Positions 25,522 through 38,900 of a stretch of 64,000 bases of DNA are shown one piece after another; position 1 is the stretch's first letter; every line of letters begins with the position of its first letter. The DNA is from Fimicolochytrium jonesii (Eukaryota). The notes under the pieces were generated by a model, which worked only from the letters and a program-made list of their open reading frames with translations, was not told the origin of the DNA and made no database searches. The position numbers and the translations under genes are program-made. The DNA lies in the NCBI RefSeq assembly GCF_025526975.1, contig NW_026515673.1, forward strand, positions 186,001-250,000, in the 5' to 3' direction.

Positions 25522-28500
25522 TTAGAGCATCGTCTTGCCACCATAATATCCAGGTGCTTTGAATGGAGTCCTTGTTCTTGAAGGGGGTTGGGAGTATGAG
25601 TTTGGGTGCGAAAGATCGGGTCGGTAATATCCAACAAAGGTTGACTACAAAACAATACAACGGAGTTATTCAATACTACTCTCAGCTGTTCTTACTAGAT
25701 TCCTGATCAAGCAAGTCCTCTGCGACGTCAGCAAAGTACAAGCCACAAGACTTGGGGCCGTCTTGTCTAAGCTCTCAGTGTCTGTGAGCTTGCCTTGAAA
25801 AGTCCGAAAGGAACTTGAAAAAGTCGTCAGGAGTAGAGAAGTAGCTCTGTTGTGGGTTGGTGTGTTCTGCGTATCGTACAAAATTCAAGGCGAAACAGTC
25901 AGGCTTCTATACACATTTTTGTAGGCTACAGAATTTTGTCAAAGTCCAAACTCTCTACTATATGTCTCTAGAAGAATCAGCTACATCAAGGGATTCTCTT
26001 TTCCTGCAGCAGTCTACGTCGTTTTCGCCTTTTCCATTCGCAATTTCTACGCTGATACAGTCTTATCGCTAATCTTTTCTGTGGTTTTTCTTCAACGTTT
26101 GGCATATACGGCCACTGGAATTGGTTTTCTTGTTTCGCAGTTGATTTTTTCAGCGTTTCGGGCATTGTGAGAGCTTCCGGTTGGTTGAGAGTCACGTCTG
26201 GGGCGCTTTCATGTGTGAGATCTTTACCTACGCCTACATTTTTCTCATGTCAGTCGTATCCGAGGACAAAACATCGTTGTGAGGGCAGGTCTCGGTAAAG
26301 GCAGGTGTGTTAGGTTATTGTCAGAGTGTCAGAAATGGGAGTATGTCAATTTATTTTTGAAGGTTTTGACAGTATTTGACGTTGTCCCAGGTCTTTGACA
26401 TTGCCCCAGTGCCGAAGCTGATTGCCCGACTGTAGCTCTGTCAATGGATACGCGATGTATGCATAACGATCGTCTTTCTGTATGGTAGGACGTGCAAAGT
26501 TTTGCACGGCCTCCAATTTTGAGGGTGCAATAGCCATTGTTCCTCTTCCAGGATATAGCCACAGAATTGAGCATCCATTTACGCTTGGACGGCTTAACAT
26601 AGAGTTTGTGCTCGGTGAGAACAGCCAAAACACTGTCCACATGAGCGATATGCTCCTCGGCAATCTCCGACAAGATTAAGATATCATCCAGGTAAGATAT
26701 GACATACATCATACATCTTCCCCAATATCTTATTGGGTAACCGTTGAAACGTTGCCAGTGCATTCGTTAATCCTATCGGCATAACCAAGTACTCAAAATG
26801 ATCAAACCGCGTCCAAAACGCTGTTTTGTCTATATCGCCCTTGCAAACCAAGAGGTGGTGATACGCATCTTTGATGTCCAACAAAGACTTGAACTTCCTT
26901 CCACATACCCGATCCTGCAGCTCTGCATGATTCGGTAACGGCGTACAATCCTTTATCATTGCTTTGTTCAGCCCACGATAGTCAACGCACATATGGAGAC
27001 TGCCATCGTTTGTCTTAGCAAGTAACACTGCGGCAACCCATGGGCTCTGCCAGTGCTGAACCCATCTGCGCTCAAGCATGAGAGTAACCTTCTCATTAAG
27101 CTCTTTGAGTTCAGCTTTGCTCATATGCCGTAAAGGATTAAAGTCTAGTGTGTTGTTTACGAAGACCTCGGATGGTGTTTTGCTGACCAGAGGGGACGTT
27201 ATGGGAGTAACTGATCTCAGCTCCGGTGTTGGATAAACATACGGGATGGTGTAAGTTGTAGCGTGCTGAGGAGGTGCATGGGGGCCAGCGGCAGAGAAGT
27301 CACATATGGCGCACTAGCCGGTATAGGGCTAGCTGAGTAATTAGAGTGAGTGCTGTATACTGACGATTGGGTGAGCGGGTTTACTGAGTGGAACGTAGGT
27401 CCGCCTTGTTGAGGAGCTCGATCCTGATTCAAGAGGGAGGTAACCAAGCCTGGCAAATTGGCAATTAGGTCTTCTAGATGAAGAAACCTCTCTTCCTGCT
27501 TGATTGGAATCCATAGGAATGGGTTGATTTCGGTTTTGGGGGGTCCGGCGGTTTGGGCACATCCACATACAGGGTGATGGCATCCTTCAACTCTGCAATA
27601 GTCGGAGAAGACTCCTCCTTCCTCTTCCTTTTCATCCACAAATCCACCAGGCATTTCACGAAGACGGGTAGGTGTGATGTGGACTACCTTCCACACGGGT
27701 TGTTTAACTGATGTTCGTATACAATAACTACTTTGCTGTAAGGTATTGTAGACGGACTGGGTGTTCGTCGGCTCTGCTATGCGATATGTAGTAAAAGAAC
27801 TACTTGTTGTGCATAGGACCGCGCGACGAGCACTGTTAAAGTACCCGTGAGGTTGGAGTCCACTGGAGAACACTGTTTGGGACATGTCTCGCACACCTGG
27901 CAAGACATGTCTTGCTGACATGTCGTTCTCCAATAAGACCAGACACTCCACATTACACCCCCCCCAGATTCTACAACGCGAACCTGCCCAGCAAGCTCAA
28001 GCAGAGTAGAATATGAAGGTGTCCGGGATCGCACCCAGCGCAATCCTTAATGGTCCTTGTCGTCGTCGGTCCAAATAACCATGCAAAAAAGCTATGGCTT
28101 TTTGGCAGAAAGCCATGGCTTTTTCGCTGAAAGCCATGGTTCGCCAACTGGACGTGTAATGTGTGTTGGGTTGTCCGGTCTTATTGGAGAACGACATGTC
28201 AGTGAAAGACCTATCGCTGTCTTGGTGGAAGGCCTTCCGACCTGTCAGTGAAAGGCCTTTCGACCTGTCAGTGAAAGGCCTTTCGACCTGTCAGTGAAAG
28301 GCCTCTCCTAAGCACTCAGCCTTACGCCCTTCACGCTCAGACAGTGTTCTCCAGTGGACCCCGACCACATGGGTACTATAACAGTGCTTGTCGCGAGTTC
28401 CTATTCATAACAAGTAGTTCTCTTACTACATACCGATTTGCAGCGCTGGCGAACACCCAGTCCGTCTACAATACCTTACAGCAAAGTAATACGAACATCA

Positions 28501-31500
28501 GTTATACAACCCGTGTGGAAGGTAGTCCACATCACATGGTAGCACCACTCGTTTGAACAAAACAAGCTTCCTAGTAGTAAACACGTCGGCAACTTCAGCA
28601 TCTCGAAATTGCGGACGTAGCAATCGTCACAGAACGTCGATACAACACTTCTAGACGATTCAAATAGCCTTCAGGACGTCCAGGACAACGTCCGTCGCAA
28701 CTCCTAAGCTGTTAGGGTTCTTCTTGATCCTCTCAAAGAGCTCTCTAAACTGATAGCTTCAGATCCTGTCTAGGATCAATGTAGCCAAACCCCGCCGACA
28801 TCGGACAGATTTTGGGGATTTTTTGCTCAAAAGAGGGGAAATCTATGCCCAAATTTTGGTTACTGCACACGGCATATACCTGATTCAAGAACCTAGTTGT
28901 TTGTGTGTATTTGCTCGAGGTACTGAGCTATACAACATCAACGGAGTACTTCTGTCCGCATTCTGGACGTATTCGTCTTTGTTTGAGGTTATTCGACCTG
29001 AAAACGAGATTACACTGGCCAGAAGGTCGTCATGAGTAGGTCAACGGGTAGTACAGTTAACAGGAGTGAGGAAACTACTCCTGGAGGTACAGCTGTTATT
29101 ACTGAGATCGTTGCGAAGCCGGAAATGTCGGTTGACGAACCTTGTGTTGAAGTTTGCCTTCCTCGTCCTCCTCAAACGACGGGACCTGTTCCAATGGAGG
29201 GTATCCAGGTCGGTGGACCTCCTCCATCTCCTGCTGGTAACCCGCACGCTACGGCTATGTTGACGATCTCTGTCGAGGAGTTCAACGCCCGAATTAATGC
29301 TGCTCGAGCAGAAGTTCGCGATCAACATGCCGAGGAACATCAGGCTTGACAGGATCGTTTGCGATCTACGTTGGAGCGTGACTCCGCGGTGCGCCATGAT
29401 GTGCTGCAGGATGGGTCGGTGCATCTGTTCTATATCGAGCAGGGTAGACATCATGGTACATGGATCTCACAGCATCCGTTCAATGGCAAACGGCGTGAGG
29501 CCGCTTTCGTTGACACGTTTTTGCAGAAGCATACGGCCTTCATGGTTACTTTTGGTCTTCCGATTGACGACTTTACGTACATGCAGAAGGTCTTGAGCTC
29601 GCTTGAAGGCGACGCACGTACCTGGTTTGACACCGCATGCAGGCTTGACATGCGGAAAGAGGATTTTGAGACGGCTTTCAAACTAGCCTTCTATCCTACA
29701 AACGCGAAAACAAACGCGCTCAATGCTCTGCACCGTATGACTTTTCATAAGTCGATGGACTCATATGTGACGGAGTTCAAACGTATCATTGCCGAGGCAC
29801 AGCGCAACCTGGAGGTTATCACTCCTGACAATTTGAATAACCTGTTCCTTCGTGGTCTTACTCACAATAAGACCAATACCGTCGGCTATGAGATTGCCCA
29901 GTCGTTGTTGCATACGATGGTCGATTATAGGGAGCAACACCCTCTGCTCGCATTTCCATTGATTTGTTTGATGGATCGTGCGCTTAGTTCGTTTGCTGTA
30001 CGTCGCCTCGCCGATAAGGGCACCGACGCAAACGATAAAGCAGTTGCTTCTGGTAGTAGCGCCTAAACGTGCTAATGTCTCTTCTGCCACGGGTACCGCG
30101 GGCAAGAAGGGGGGGAAAGCTAAGAAGGCGGAAGCTGCTAAACCTTACGCACGCCCAGACCTCTCGCACATGAAGTGCTTCGATTGTGGCGAGATGGGTC
30201 ATCGTGCGCGAGATTGTCCTAAGAAGAAGGATAAGAAATCCGACGAGGCTAAGGATAAGCCGCGTTGAGATGCTGGTCAGAAAAAGGGTTTTCAGTAGAG
30301 ACGTTTAATAAAGACACCGTTTATTTGTCTCATTGTGCAATGGTGTCCATTGAAGAGGAACTTGAGGCTATACGCCCTGAGTCCGCTGATGGTAGACTGG
30401 TTGATTGTAGCAATACGTCTGCTGCGGGGGCGCGCCTGTGCCGGCCAGACGAGACTGAAACCGTTTTGAAGACTAGGCCTGAAGCACTGCAACTGCAACC
30501 TGATGCGTTGATCGCACGATGTGCATTTGTAGTTCATGGCAAGTAGAATGGCAGGTTTTGTCGTATTCTGATCGATACGGGATGCACAACACTGATGGTA
30601 CGTCAGGGATGGGGTGTCAAAACATGGTTTCCAAACCTATAACCCTAAAATGCCCATTGATGTTGCCTGGGGCGACGACAGCCATACATTCAACCCCAAC
30701 AAGTCATTTTGTGGCGATCTACAGTTGTGGGGAGATGGACGACACTATTCCAGAGAACAGCTTCCATTTGTGGTCGCTCCTCTGCGGGTAGATGTTATTC
30801 TCGGATTGCCATGGATCTATATGCTTGACGATGTTTGTTTCGAGCACATAGAAGATGAAATTCCTGTTCTACGATTTCGTGCGGATGAAGTTGAACATAC
30901 CCTGGTTGCCAGACCAGTAACTAGGAAGTGGGAATCCCAGTCGTCCTGTAATGCGGCCGATCTGCGGTTTTTTGACATCAGAAAAAAGTCTAAACGATTC
31001 AAGGCGGTGATGCCTGAACGAGAAGACTCGAGTGTAGGAGTTGTAACTTATCAGAAGTTGACTCGCTTATCTCGAAAAAAGGTGTATGGGAAGTGTTACA
31101 TAGCGTTCGCTATGGACATAGAAGCTGCAGTGAATGCGTCACCAGCTTATGTCCCCGCAGATGAGCGCAATCGCGCCGAACCAGAGCCAGAGGTTCAAAT
31201 TAGCGAAGCTACGGGACAGAAGGTTGATTTGGGCGTGCCATTGGATCACCTTCTTTATCCAATGTTAGAGAAGTACATGGATAGTTTGTTTGTTGAGCAC
31301 GCAGAGTTGCCGCCCGATCGAAGTGAAGATAACTTCCATATCGAACTGGAGCCTGGTACGAAACCAGTCTTTAATCCTTTACGGCATATGAGCAAAGCCG
31401 AACTCAAAGAGCTGAATGAGAAGGTTACCTCTCATGCTCGAGCGCGGTTGGATTCAACACTCGCAGAGCCCGTGGGGCGCGGCAGTGTTATTCGCCAAGA

Positions 31501-33304
31501 AAAAGGATGGCAGTCTCCGCATGTGCATCGACTATTGTGGGCTGAATAAAGCAACGATAAAGGATCGTACGCCGTTACCAAATCTTGCAGAGATGCGGGA
31601 TCAGTTACGTGGAAAGAAGTTCAAGTCTTTGTTGGATATCAAAGATACGTATCACCGCCTCTTGGTTTGCAAGGCTAATAGAGACAAAACAGCGTTTCGG
31701 ACGCGGTTTGGTCATTTTGAGTACTTGATTATGCCATTTGGATTGACGAATGCGCCAGCAACGTTCCTGCGGTTAATCAATAAGATATTGGGTAAGATGT
31801 ACGATGCGTATGTCATATCTTACCTGGATGATATCTTTAATCTTCTCGGAAACGGCCAAGGAGCATATCGCTCATGTGGATAGCGTTTTGGCTGTTCTCG
31901 CCGAGCACAAACTCTATGTTAAGCCGTCCAAGTGCAAATGGATGCAGAAAGAGCTTGAATTCTGCGGTCATCTATTAGGCGAGGATACGATGGCCATTGC
32001 ACCCTCGAAACTGGACGCCGTGCGGAACTTTGCACGCCCTATGAAGGAGAAAGAGGTTCAGTCTTTCTTAGGGTTAACAAAATATTTGAGTCAATACGTC
32101 GATCGTTATGCATACATCCCGTATCCGTTGACAGAGCTACAGTCGGGCAAACGTCCTTGGCACTGGGGCAATGTCAAAGAGGTAGCTTCTGTTAAGCTGA
32201 AGGAAGCTATTATCACAGCTCCTACGCTCGCATCTTACGACCCGGAGCGAGATTTATATGTGTTCACGGATGCATCGGGTTTTGCAATAGGCGGATGGCT
32301 CGCCCAGCCGGCGGATCCATCGGAGCCTTACCCGTCACCGTTGCCTACCTCAGTGAAGGGATTTAAAAATCTGCCACCGTTAAAGCCGATAGCTTTCTTT
32401 GGACGGAAGATGCAGCCCGCTGAGACACGTTATCCCGTGCACGAACAAGAGCTATTAGCTCTGGTTGGCATTTGCAAGGCGAATAGGCATTACTTGCAAG
32501 ATCGGACTAATGACCGCCCGTTTCGCGCGTTCACCGATCACACCAGTTTGGTATGGCTTCAGACTCAGCTGTTCCTGAGCCATCGCCAAGCACGATGGGT
32601 TGAATTCCTGCAACAATTCAAATTTGATATTGAATATCAACCTGGTCGTTGGAACACCGTCGCGGATGTGTTGAGTTGTAATCCTTATTCCGCTCCTCGC
32701 TGCGCCGAGTGTAACAAGCGAATGGAAATCGCTGCGGCCATGGGGATGTCCGTTGAGTATATTCCTTTGGGGAATGTTTTGGTTGAAGATTGGTTACAAA
32801 CCTTGGACGCTGATGAGTACTCTGCTTTGCGGAAAGAGGCATTGTCACAGCCGAAGGAACTACAGTCTACATTCTATCGCCATTTTTCGATCGATGACTA
32901 TGGTCGTTTACTGTACCACGATAAGTTCTATGTGCCAGCTGCTTTACGAGGAACTGTATTGCAGGCGTACCACGACTCGTTGCTCTCTGGCTCGCATACG
33001 GGGGTACAAGGTACATTGGGCAAACTCCTACGTGAGTTTTACTGGCCCAATATGGACGCAGATGTGAGAGGGTACATCAAGACTTGTGGGTCTTGCCAAA
33101 GGTTCAAGTCGCCGAACAATAAGCGTGTTGGCTTACTTCGTTCGCTCCCAGTTCCCGACCGACGTTGGCACACGATGGGTATGGACCCTGTCTTGATGCC
33201 AATAACCCGGTCATGGGGGGGGAAGGTGCATAGTGATGCGTTTTACGACAGTATTATTGTCTTCATCGACTATCTGTCAGGGTGCGCATACTTTGTACCT
33301 GCAG

Positions 33305-33795
33305 TGTTATGATCTCGACGACGGGGGCGGAAGCAAAGTAGAGAAGACAGGGCGAGTGTGATAGGCGACAAGAGATTGTATTGGCGAAACAAGAAACAAG
33401 GACTAGAACAGGAGATGAGAAGAACTGGTGTTGATCTGCTGGGGAGGAAGGGAATGGACGAAGAGAGGCCGGCTATTTATAGATAGGCAACCCAGCAGAT
33501 CAGAGAACAACAACAACAAGAGGTGACTGGGGGGCGCCAGCTATGCTCCTAGAGCGTGCGTGGCGAGCGTAGAGAGCATTGCTACAGCTGCTGGCTATGG
33601 GGAAGTAGTGGGGGGTGTGGAGAAGCCGAGGGGGGATTGGCGAAATGAGAGGAGAGAGGGGGAGTGGCATTGACATTGACATTGACACTGACATTGACAC
33701 TGACATTGACATTGACATTGGCGTTTGACATTTGGCGGTTGACATTGGCGGCTGTCAGTAGGTAAGCTTATGGTATGGGCGCGTCGTCCATAACA
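33305..33795. mobile_element. Solo LTR (491 bp) inserted in gypsy-A integrase
   Basis: TGTTATG...CATAACA inverted termini; 5-bp flanks TGCAG/TGCGG (TSD with one mismatch); integrase resumes after it. Confidence 0.85.
33667..33750 (+). repeat. Hexamer microsatellite (GACATT/GACACT)n in the solo LTR
   Basis: About 9 contiguous units plus degenerate ones, read directly. Confidence 0.9.
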
Positions 33796-34698
33796 TGCGG
33801 CATCCACAATAACTGCCGAAGAGTTGGCGCATCTTTACTTCCGAGAGGTATGGCGCCATACAGGTACTGTAGCTGTGATCGTCGGAGATCAAGATCCCCG
33901 CTACCTGGCAGATTTCTGGAAGGTGTTTCAATCGTTGTTGGGCTCTAAGCAGAGCTTGAGCACGGCACGACACCAACAGACGGACGGAAAGGTCGAACAG
34001 TGTATCTCTATCTTGAAGAAGATGATTAAACCGTACCTTAATGTAACGGGAGACGATTGGGTTGACAAACTGCCGATGTTGGAGTTTGCCTACAACTGTA
34101 CGCAGAACAGCACTGGATACTGCCCTTTCGAGGTTGATTTGGGTAGAATTCCACAGGCGCCGATGCATTGGCAAGTTGACGCAAAGGTGTTGCAACGTAT
34201 GGACGATACGTCGATCCCATTCTTGCATAAGTCACGACGTGAGCTCATCAAACAGATGGAGAAGCGTGCTGAGGCATACCGATCCATTGAACTCATAGTG
34301 CAGCAGAAACTTCGGGAAGCCCAGGACAAACAAGCAAAGTATCACGATCGTGGACGTCGTGTACAGAGCTTTTGTCCAGGAGATAAAGTCCTGTTGAAGA
34401 GCGACGGGATAACGATCCCTTCTTTCAATAAGAAGCCGCTCAAGTTTAGACAGAGCTGGCTAGGACCCTTCATCGTGAAGAAGGAAGGACCACACCCGGA
34501 AACGTACAAGTTAGAGCTGCCAGCTTTCATGGGCGCTTTATACCCGGTCTTCCATACGTGTGAAAGGGGTCGATTATTCCCTGAGATAGGTCCTAAATTG
34601 GGTTGTTCGCGGGTGGAGATGATCTACTCGTGGAGAGTGCAAGGTAAAAGGTAGAGACCAACTAGATCCCTATTCTCACCACACAAGTAGACACGCTT

Positions 34699-34945
34699 AC
34701 TTAGCAGTAGTCGGCGGAGGAAGCAGATGACTGAGCGAACTCTATGTAGTGTGCAATGCTGTACTGTGAAGTATGTATTGTCTTGTGTAGAAAAGTCTAA
34801 AGTGTAAAGAGGACGCGAGGTCTGAAGGGGAAGAAACGAGTGAAGTCCCGTACGCAGAAGCGTGGCAAAAGCGGGAGGGGAGTCACGTGAGGAAATAAAC
34901 TATGGGAACTCTAACCGGGGACTTGGGAGGATGATACCCCCAACA
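34699..34945 (-). repeat. Copia-C 3' LTR
   Basis: Direct repeat of 40935-41181 (roughly 19 mismatches by eye); adjacent PPT. Confidence 0.92.
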
Positions 34946-35209
34946 CCCCCACTCAAACTCACGAGTCTATCTAAGTGAAAGATAGATCGAAACAATGAGT
35001 ACAATGGTGCGGCCGTACGCGAAAAACGGGCGGACGTTGGGTGAATAGCTATGACTAAAAATGAAAGAAATGAAAGAGTAAAATGAAAGAAGGGGGGAAA
35101 CGCCGCGAGTATAAAACAAGAGACAGCTGTCAGTTGCCCTAGAGAGGTAAGACCAACGTTCCCCATACTCAACTACCGTATCCCAGACTACCACACGATA
35201 CGCAAAACA

Positions 35210-35845
35210 ATGGCCAACGGAGGCAAGAACGGCGGGAGTGGCAAGAAGAAGCAAATGGCCCGTAAGACGGTGAGACCAGCAGCCCCTCCAGCTGCACCTC
35301 CTCCGGGACCCTCACGACCGACAACGCGCTCTACGCGTGCATCGTCCGCAGCGTCCGCAAGCGACTCTTCGATGTCGAAAGCCCGAGTTAGAGAAGCTCT
35401 TCGATTGGCGACGGAGGTATCGAAGTTGAGGTACCGCAAGGATAACCATGAGAACCTCGCGAAGCACCTGGCGTTTATGAAGGCGAAACTGGATCGATCG
35501 AAGCGAAAGAAGGGGTCGTTCGAAGCATTGACGGAGGAGGCAGACTACCTTGGATGTAAGGCAGTCTCGGAGTCGCGATATAAGGCAAAAGGCGGCATAT
35601 CAAAAGAAAAGATGAAAGATGCAAAGCGCCGCAGTGATGCGGTCAAGAGACGGGAGCGAGACAAGATGATGAAGCGACTCCAGTACTTGCGAAAGCACAT
35701 GGATGATTCGTCTTCAAGTGAGGATGGAGACGGGGACGGAAATGGCGGGGGAGGTGGTCCAGGGGGTCCGCCTGGTGGAGGCGAAGCCGGAGCCGGTGGA
35801 GGCCCCGGTGCCAGGGCAGCGGCAGCTATCAAGGTGGCGGGTTAA
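35210..35845 (+). CDS. Antisense accessory ORF of copia-C, 211 aa, basic, H3-tail-like KQMARKT motif
   Basis: Uninterrupted ATG-TAA ORF between pol stop and PPT; start context AAAACAATGG; TATAAAA at ~35110. Confidence 0.7.
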   Translation: MANGGKNGGSGKKKQMARKTVRPAAPPAAPPPGPSRPTTRSTRASSAASASDSSMSKARVREALRLATEVSKLRYRKDNHENLAKHLAFMKAKLDRSKRKKGSFEALTEEADYLGCKAVSESRYKAKGGISKEKMKDAKRRSDAVKRRERDKMMKRLQYLRKHMDDSSSSEDGDGDGNGGGGGPGGPPGGGEAGAGGGPGARAAAAIKVAG

Positions 35846-35937
35846 GGTGCCGAAGTCGTATGTAGTGCCCAGAAGCCGTCCCGGTATGGGTGTTCCATAT
35901 GTCTCATTCGGACGTAGTCGTCGCCCGCTGTCTATTG

Positions 35938-38900
35938 CTAGCGACACGTCCTTCTTGAATTGCTTGAATGTGTCTCGGGAGGAAAGGGCTTCGTAAAGTA
36001 ATCAGCCAGTTGTTCCTGCCTCGCGGTGTTGGGGAGTACGACGTCTTTCTTCGCCACGCCATCGCGTAGCTTGTGGTAGCGTACGTCGATGTGTTTGGAG
36101 CGTTGCGGAATAGCCGAGTTGGCAATCTCGCGGGCGCTCTGATTGTCGATGTGGAGTGGCGTAGGGTCCTTGATGTTGCCGTATTCGTCGGCGAAGACCT
36201 CTGCGGTGATCGAGCGGAGCCGGATGACCTCGTTGTAACCGAGCGGTGTGGCAATATACTCAGCTTCCGTGGAGCTGAGAGCTACGCACTTCTGCTTGGT
36301 GCTTTTCCAGTAGATAAGCTGGCCGTTGAAGAAGCTGGCGATGCCCGTGGTAGATTTGCGGTCGTTGACATCGTCTGCGTAGGATGCGTCGGTATAGACG
36401 CGAAGTCCAGCTTGATCTGAATGACCGGACTTGTAGGTAAGCTCGAAGGTGCGGGTACCTTTCAGGTAGCGCATGATGCGAAGTACATCATTCCAGTTGG
36501 CTTGGGTAGGAGCTGAGACTTGACGTGCGACGAAGCCGACGGCAGTTGAAATATCCCAGCGCCAGGTAATGGATGCCCACGTGAGGGCCCCCACTGCTTC
36601 CTGGTAGACAAGCTCGCTATGAAAAGGGGGGCTTGCGGAGGCTGGTCGGGTACGCGCAGAGACGGCGCACGGCGTAGAGACCGCGGTAGCGTTTTGTTGT
36701 CCAAATCGTTCGAGTAAACCGTCAATATAGGTAACATTGCTGATTTTGAGTTGGTTCCCTGACGGCGAGAGCTGGTAATCGAAGAACAGACCTAGGCAGT
36801 TCTTGATGGGACTGAGATCCGTACAGTTGAAATGAGAACATAGTTCACCTTTCACTTGCTTGACGTGTACGGGAAAGCAGCAGGCGATGAAATGGTCCAC
36901 ATAGATAAGGAGCATCTGGAGAGCGTCCAGAGTGCGCGTCGTTGTCGCGTAGCGATAGAAGACGCAAGGGCAGTTCTTTAACGGGGTAAAGCCAAGAGAA
37001 CTGAGGGTTTCACAAAGAGTACGGTACCAGAGAAGCGGAGATTGCTTCAGACCGTATAGAGCTTTGCGTAGGAGGTATACCCAGTCTGCGCGCGGTTTCT
37101 GCGGATCTTTGTAGCCTTGAAATTGCTCAACATAGACGGGTCCGTCGATATCGCTGCGTAAGAACGCGTTGGGGACGTCAAGTTGATGGATTTCCATACC
37201 AAGAGAGACGGCAATGGAGAGGAATAGGCGAAGAACTGACATGGGTAGGGTTGGTGCGTAGGTGTTGTTATAATCAATACTCTTGGATTGACGAAAACCT
37301 TGAACTACACGGTGGCCCTTGAATTTCTTGAAAGTACCGTCCGGATTGAAGATTTGACGAAGTACCCAAGTACTACCGAGTACGCGCTGATTTTGCGGAC
37401 GGGGTACGAGCTCCCAAGTTCCGTTATCAACTAGAGCTTGGAACTCTTTATCAGCTGCGAGCTTGAAGTCAGCTGTTTGAGGGGAGGCCATTGCTTGTCG
37501 CCAGGTCATAGTGACGGATTGAGGAGTGTCTTTGGTACGCGTGTTGAAGGCGTTTGAGAGGGCATCAATAGTTCGGGCGTTGAAAGCGTCTGGACGAGAC
37601 TCCCAGATATCCAATGCTTCAGTCTCAATGAGATCAGAGCGTGGTTGCCAGGTAGGGGTAGTAAAACCAACCCACTTGACGAGGTATTCCTTTTGGACGT
37701 TCTTGCTGCGGCGTTGACGTTCAGAAAGGATGTGTTCGATAGGGAACTCCTCTTGCGAGGTGGGAGCATCTTTCAGAAGATCTAGGAGAGCAGGATCTTG
37801 ACGAAGGTGCTCAGGGAGTCCAGTAGATTTGTCGAAGCGAACATCACGTGAGACGGCGACAGTGTCGCGAACTGGATCCCAGACATAGTAACCTTTGGTG
37901 CCTTGTTGGTGACCATAGCCCACTAGGTACATCTTGGTAGCACGATTTGCCATCTTTTCCCGGCCCTTGGGTGGAACAACAGTGTGCGTGAGACATCCGA
38001 GCTTGCGCAGATGCGCGATGCTCGGGCGGCGACCGGTAAGGAATTCGGAGCGCGATTTGGCATCCGAGGATGCAACTGAATGCGGGTAGAGGTTGTGCAG
38101 GTAAGAGACAGCCTCCAGGATGTACAGCCAGAGCTTGCGGGGAAGGTGAGTGTCTGGGAAGATGGTGCGTACGCGGTCCAGCAACGTCCGATTGAGGCGC
38201 TCTGCTTTTCCGTTTTGTTGACTAGAATACGCAACAGTAGACTCATGGGTCATCCCATTGTTGTGTAGGTACAACGTGAGCGCGCCAGTGTATTCTCCTC
38301 CGCTATCCGTATGTAGGATCTTGAGGGAGACGCCAGTTTGATTCTTGAGCCACTTATGAAAGATCATAAACCTTGCGGTAATAGTGGATGCCTCCTTGTC
38401 CTTGATGGAGTAGGTACGGGCGAAATCGGAGCCGTTGTCCAGAAACGCGAGACTGTAGCGCTCTCCGTTGATGCCGTAGATCCGAAATGGACCTTGTAAA
38501 TCGCTGTGAATCAGCTCGCCGGGTTTGTGTGGCGGGGATGTCGATTTAGGGAAGGTGAGGCGGGTAGCTTTGCCGAGAGCGCATGGATCGCAGCGTGCGC
38601 CGGAGTCCGGCGTAGCCCCCACTGAAGGCCAATCCTCTACTATCTTAGGCATAACCGGGAGAATGTGGTTTCCAGGGTGTCCAAGACGTTGATGCAGAAG
38701 TTGGGGGGTTATGGAAGCGACCAGTGCATGTGCATTGGGCTTGTAGGTAGTAACCCGTCCTTCTAAACAGTACGCGTCGCCTTTGCGGATCACCATCATG
38801 AGTAGGTGTCGGTCGGTATTGAACGTGACGACGTCGGTGGGGTGAAAGGAGACGGTAACGCCGTTATCAGTGCATTCAGCAACAGATATAAGCGGCTGGG

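Larger units (their letters stand above)
19722..31321. repeat. Tandem duplication, two 5800-bp units (19722-25521, 25522-31321)
   Basis: ORFs recur at +5800 (20884/26684, 23559/29359). One visible SNP at 24464/30264. Junction GATCGA|TTAGAG. Confidence 0.97.
28155..34558 (+). mobile_element. Ty3/gypsy family A element: 5' LTR 28155-28536, PBS, gag, PR, RT, RNase H, integrase; degenerate, 3'-truncated
   Basis: RT CIDYCGLNK, MPFGLTNAPATF, YLDD; RNase H VFTDASGFAIGG, FTDHTSL; integrase H-H-C-C, HQQTDGKVE, WLGPF, PVFH; several stops and frameshifts. Confidence 0.95.

Noticed and set aside
33500..33807. ORFs with CQCQCQ or MSMSMS runs
   Set aside because: Translations of the hexamer microsatellite in a solo LTR.
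34559..34698. 140-bp segment starting with TG where a gypsy-A chromodomain might follow
   Set aside because: Does not translate to a chromodomain; probably a piece of another LTR, but no partner is visible in the window.
35545..35832. Pro-rich 95-aa minus-strand ORF downstream of pol (env-like position)
   Set aside because: Shadow of the Gly-rich plus-strand ORF; no transmembrane segment and a non-ATG start.
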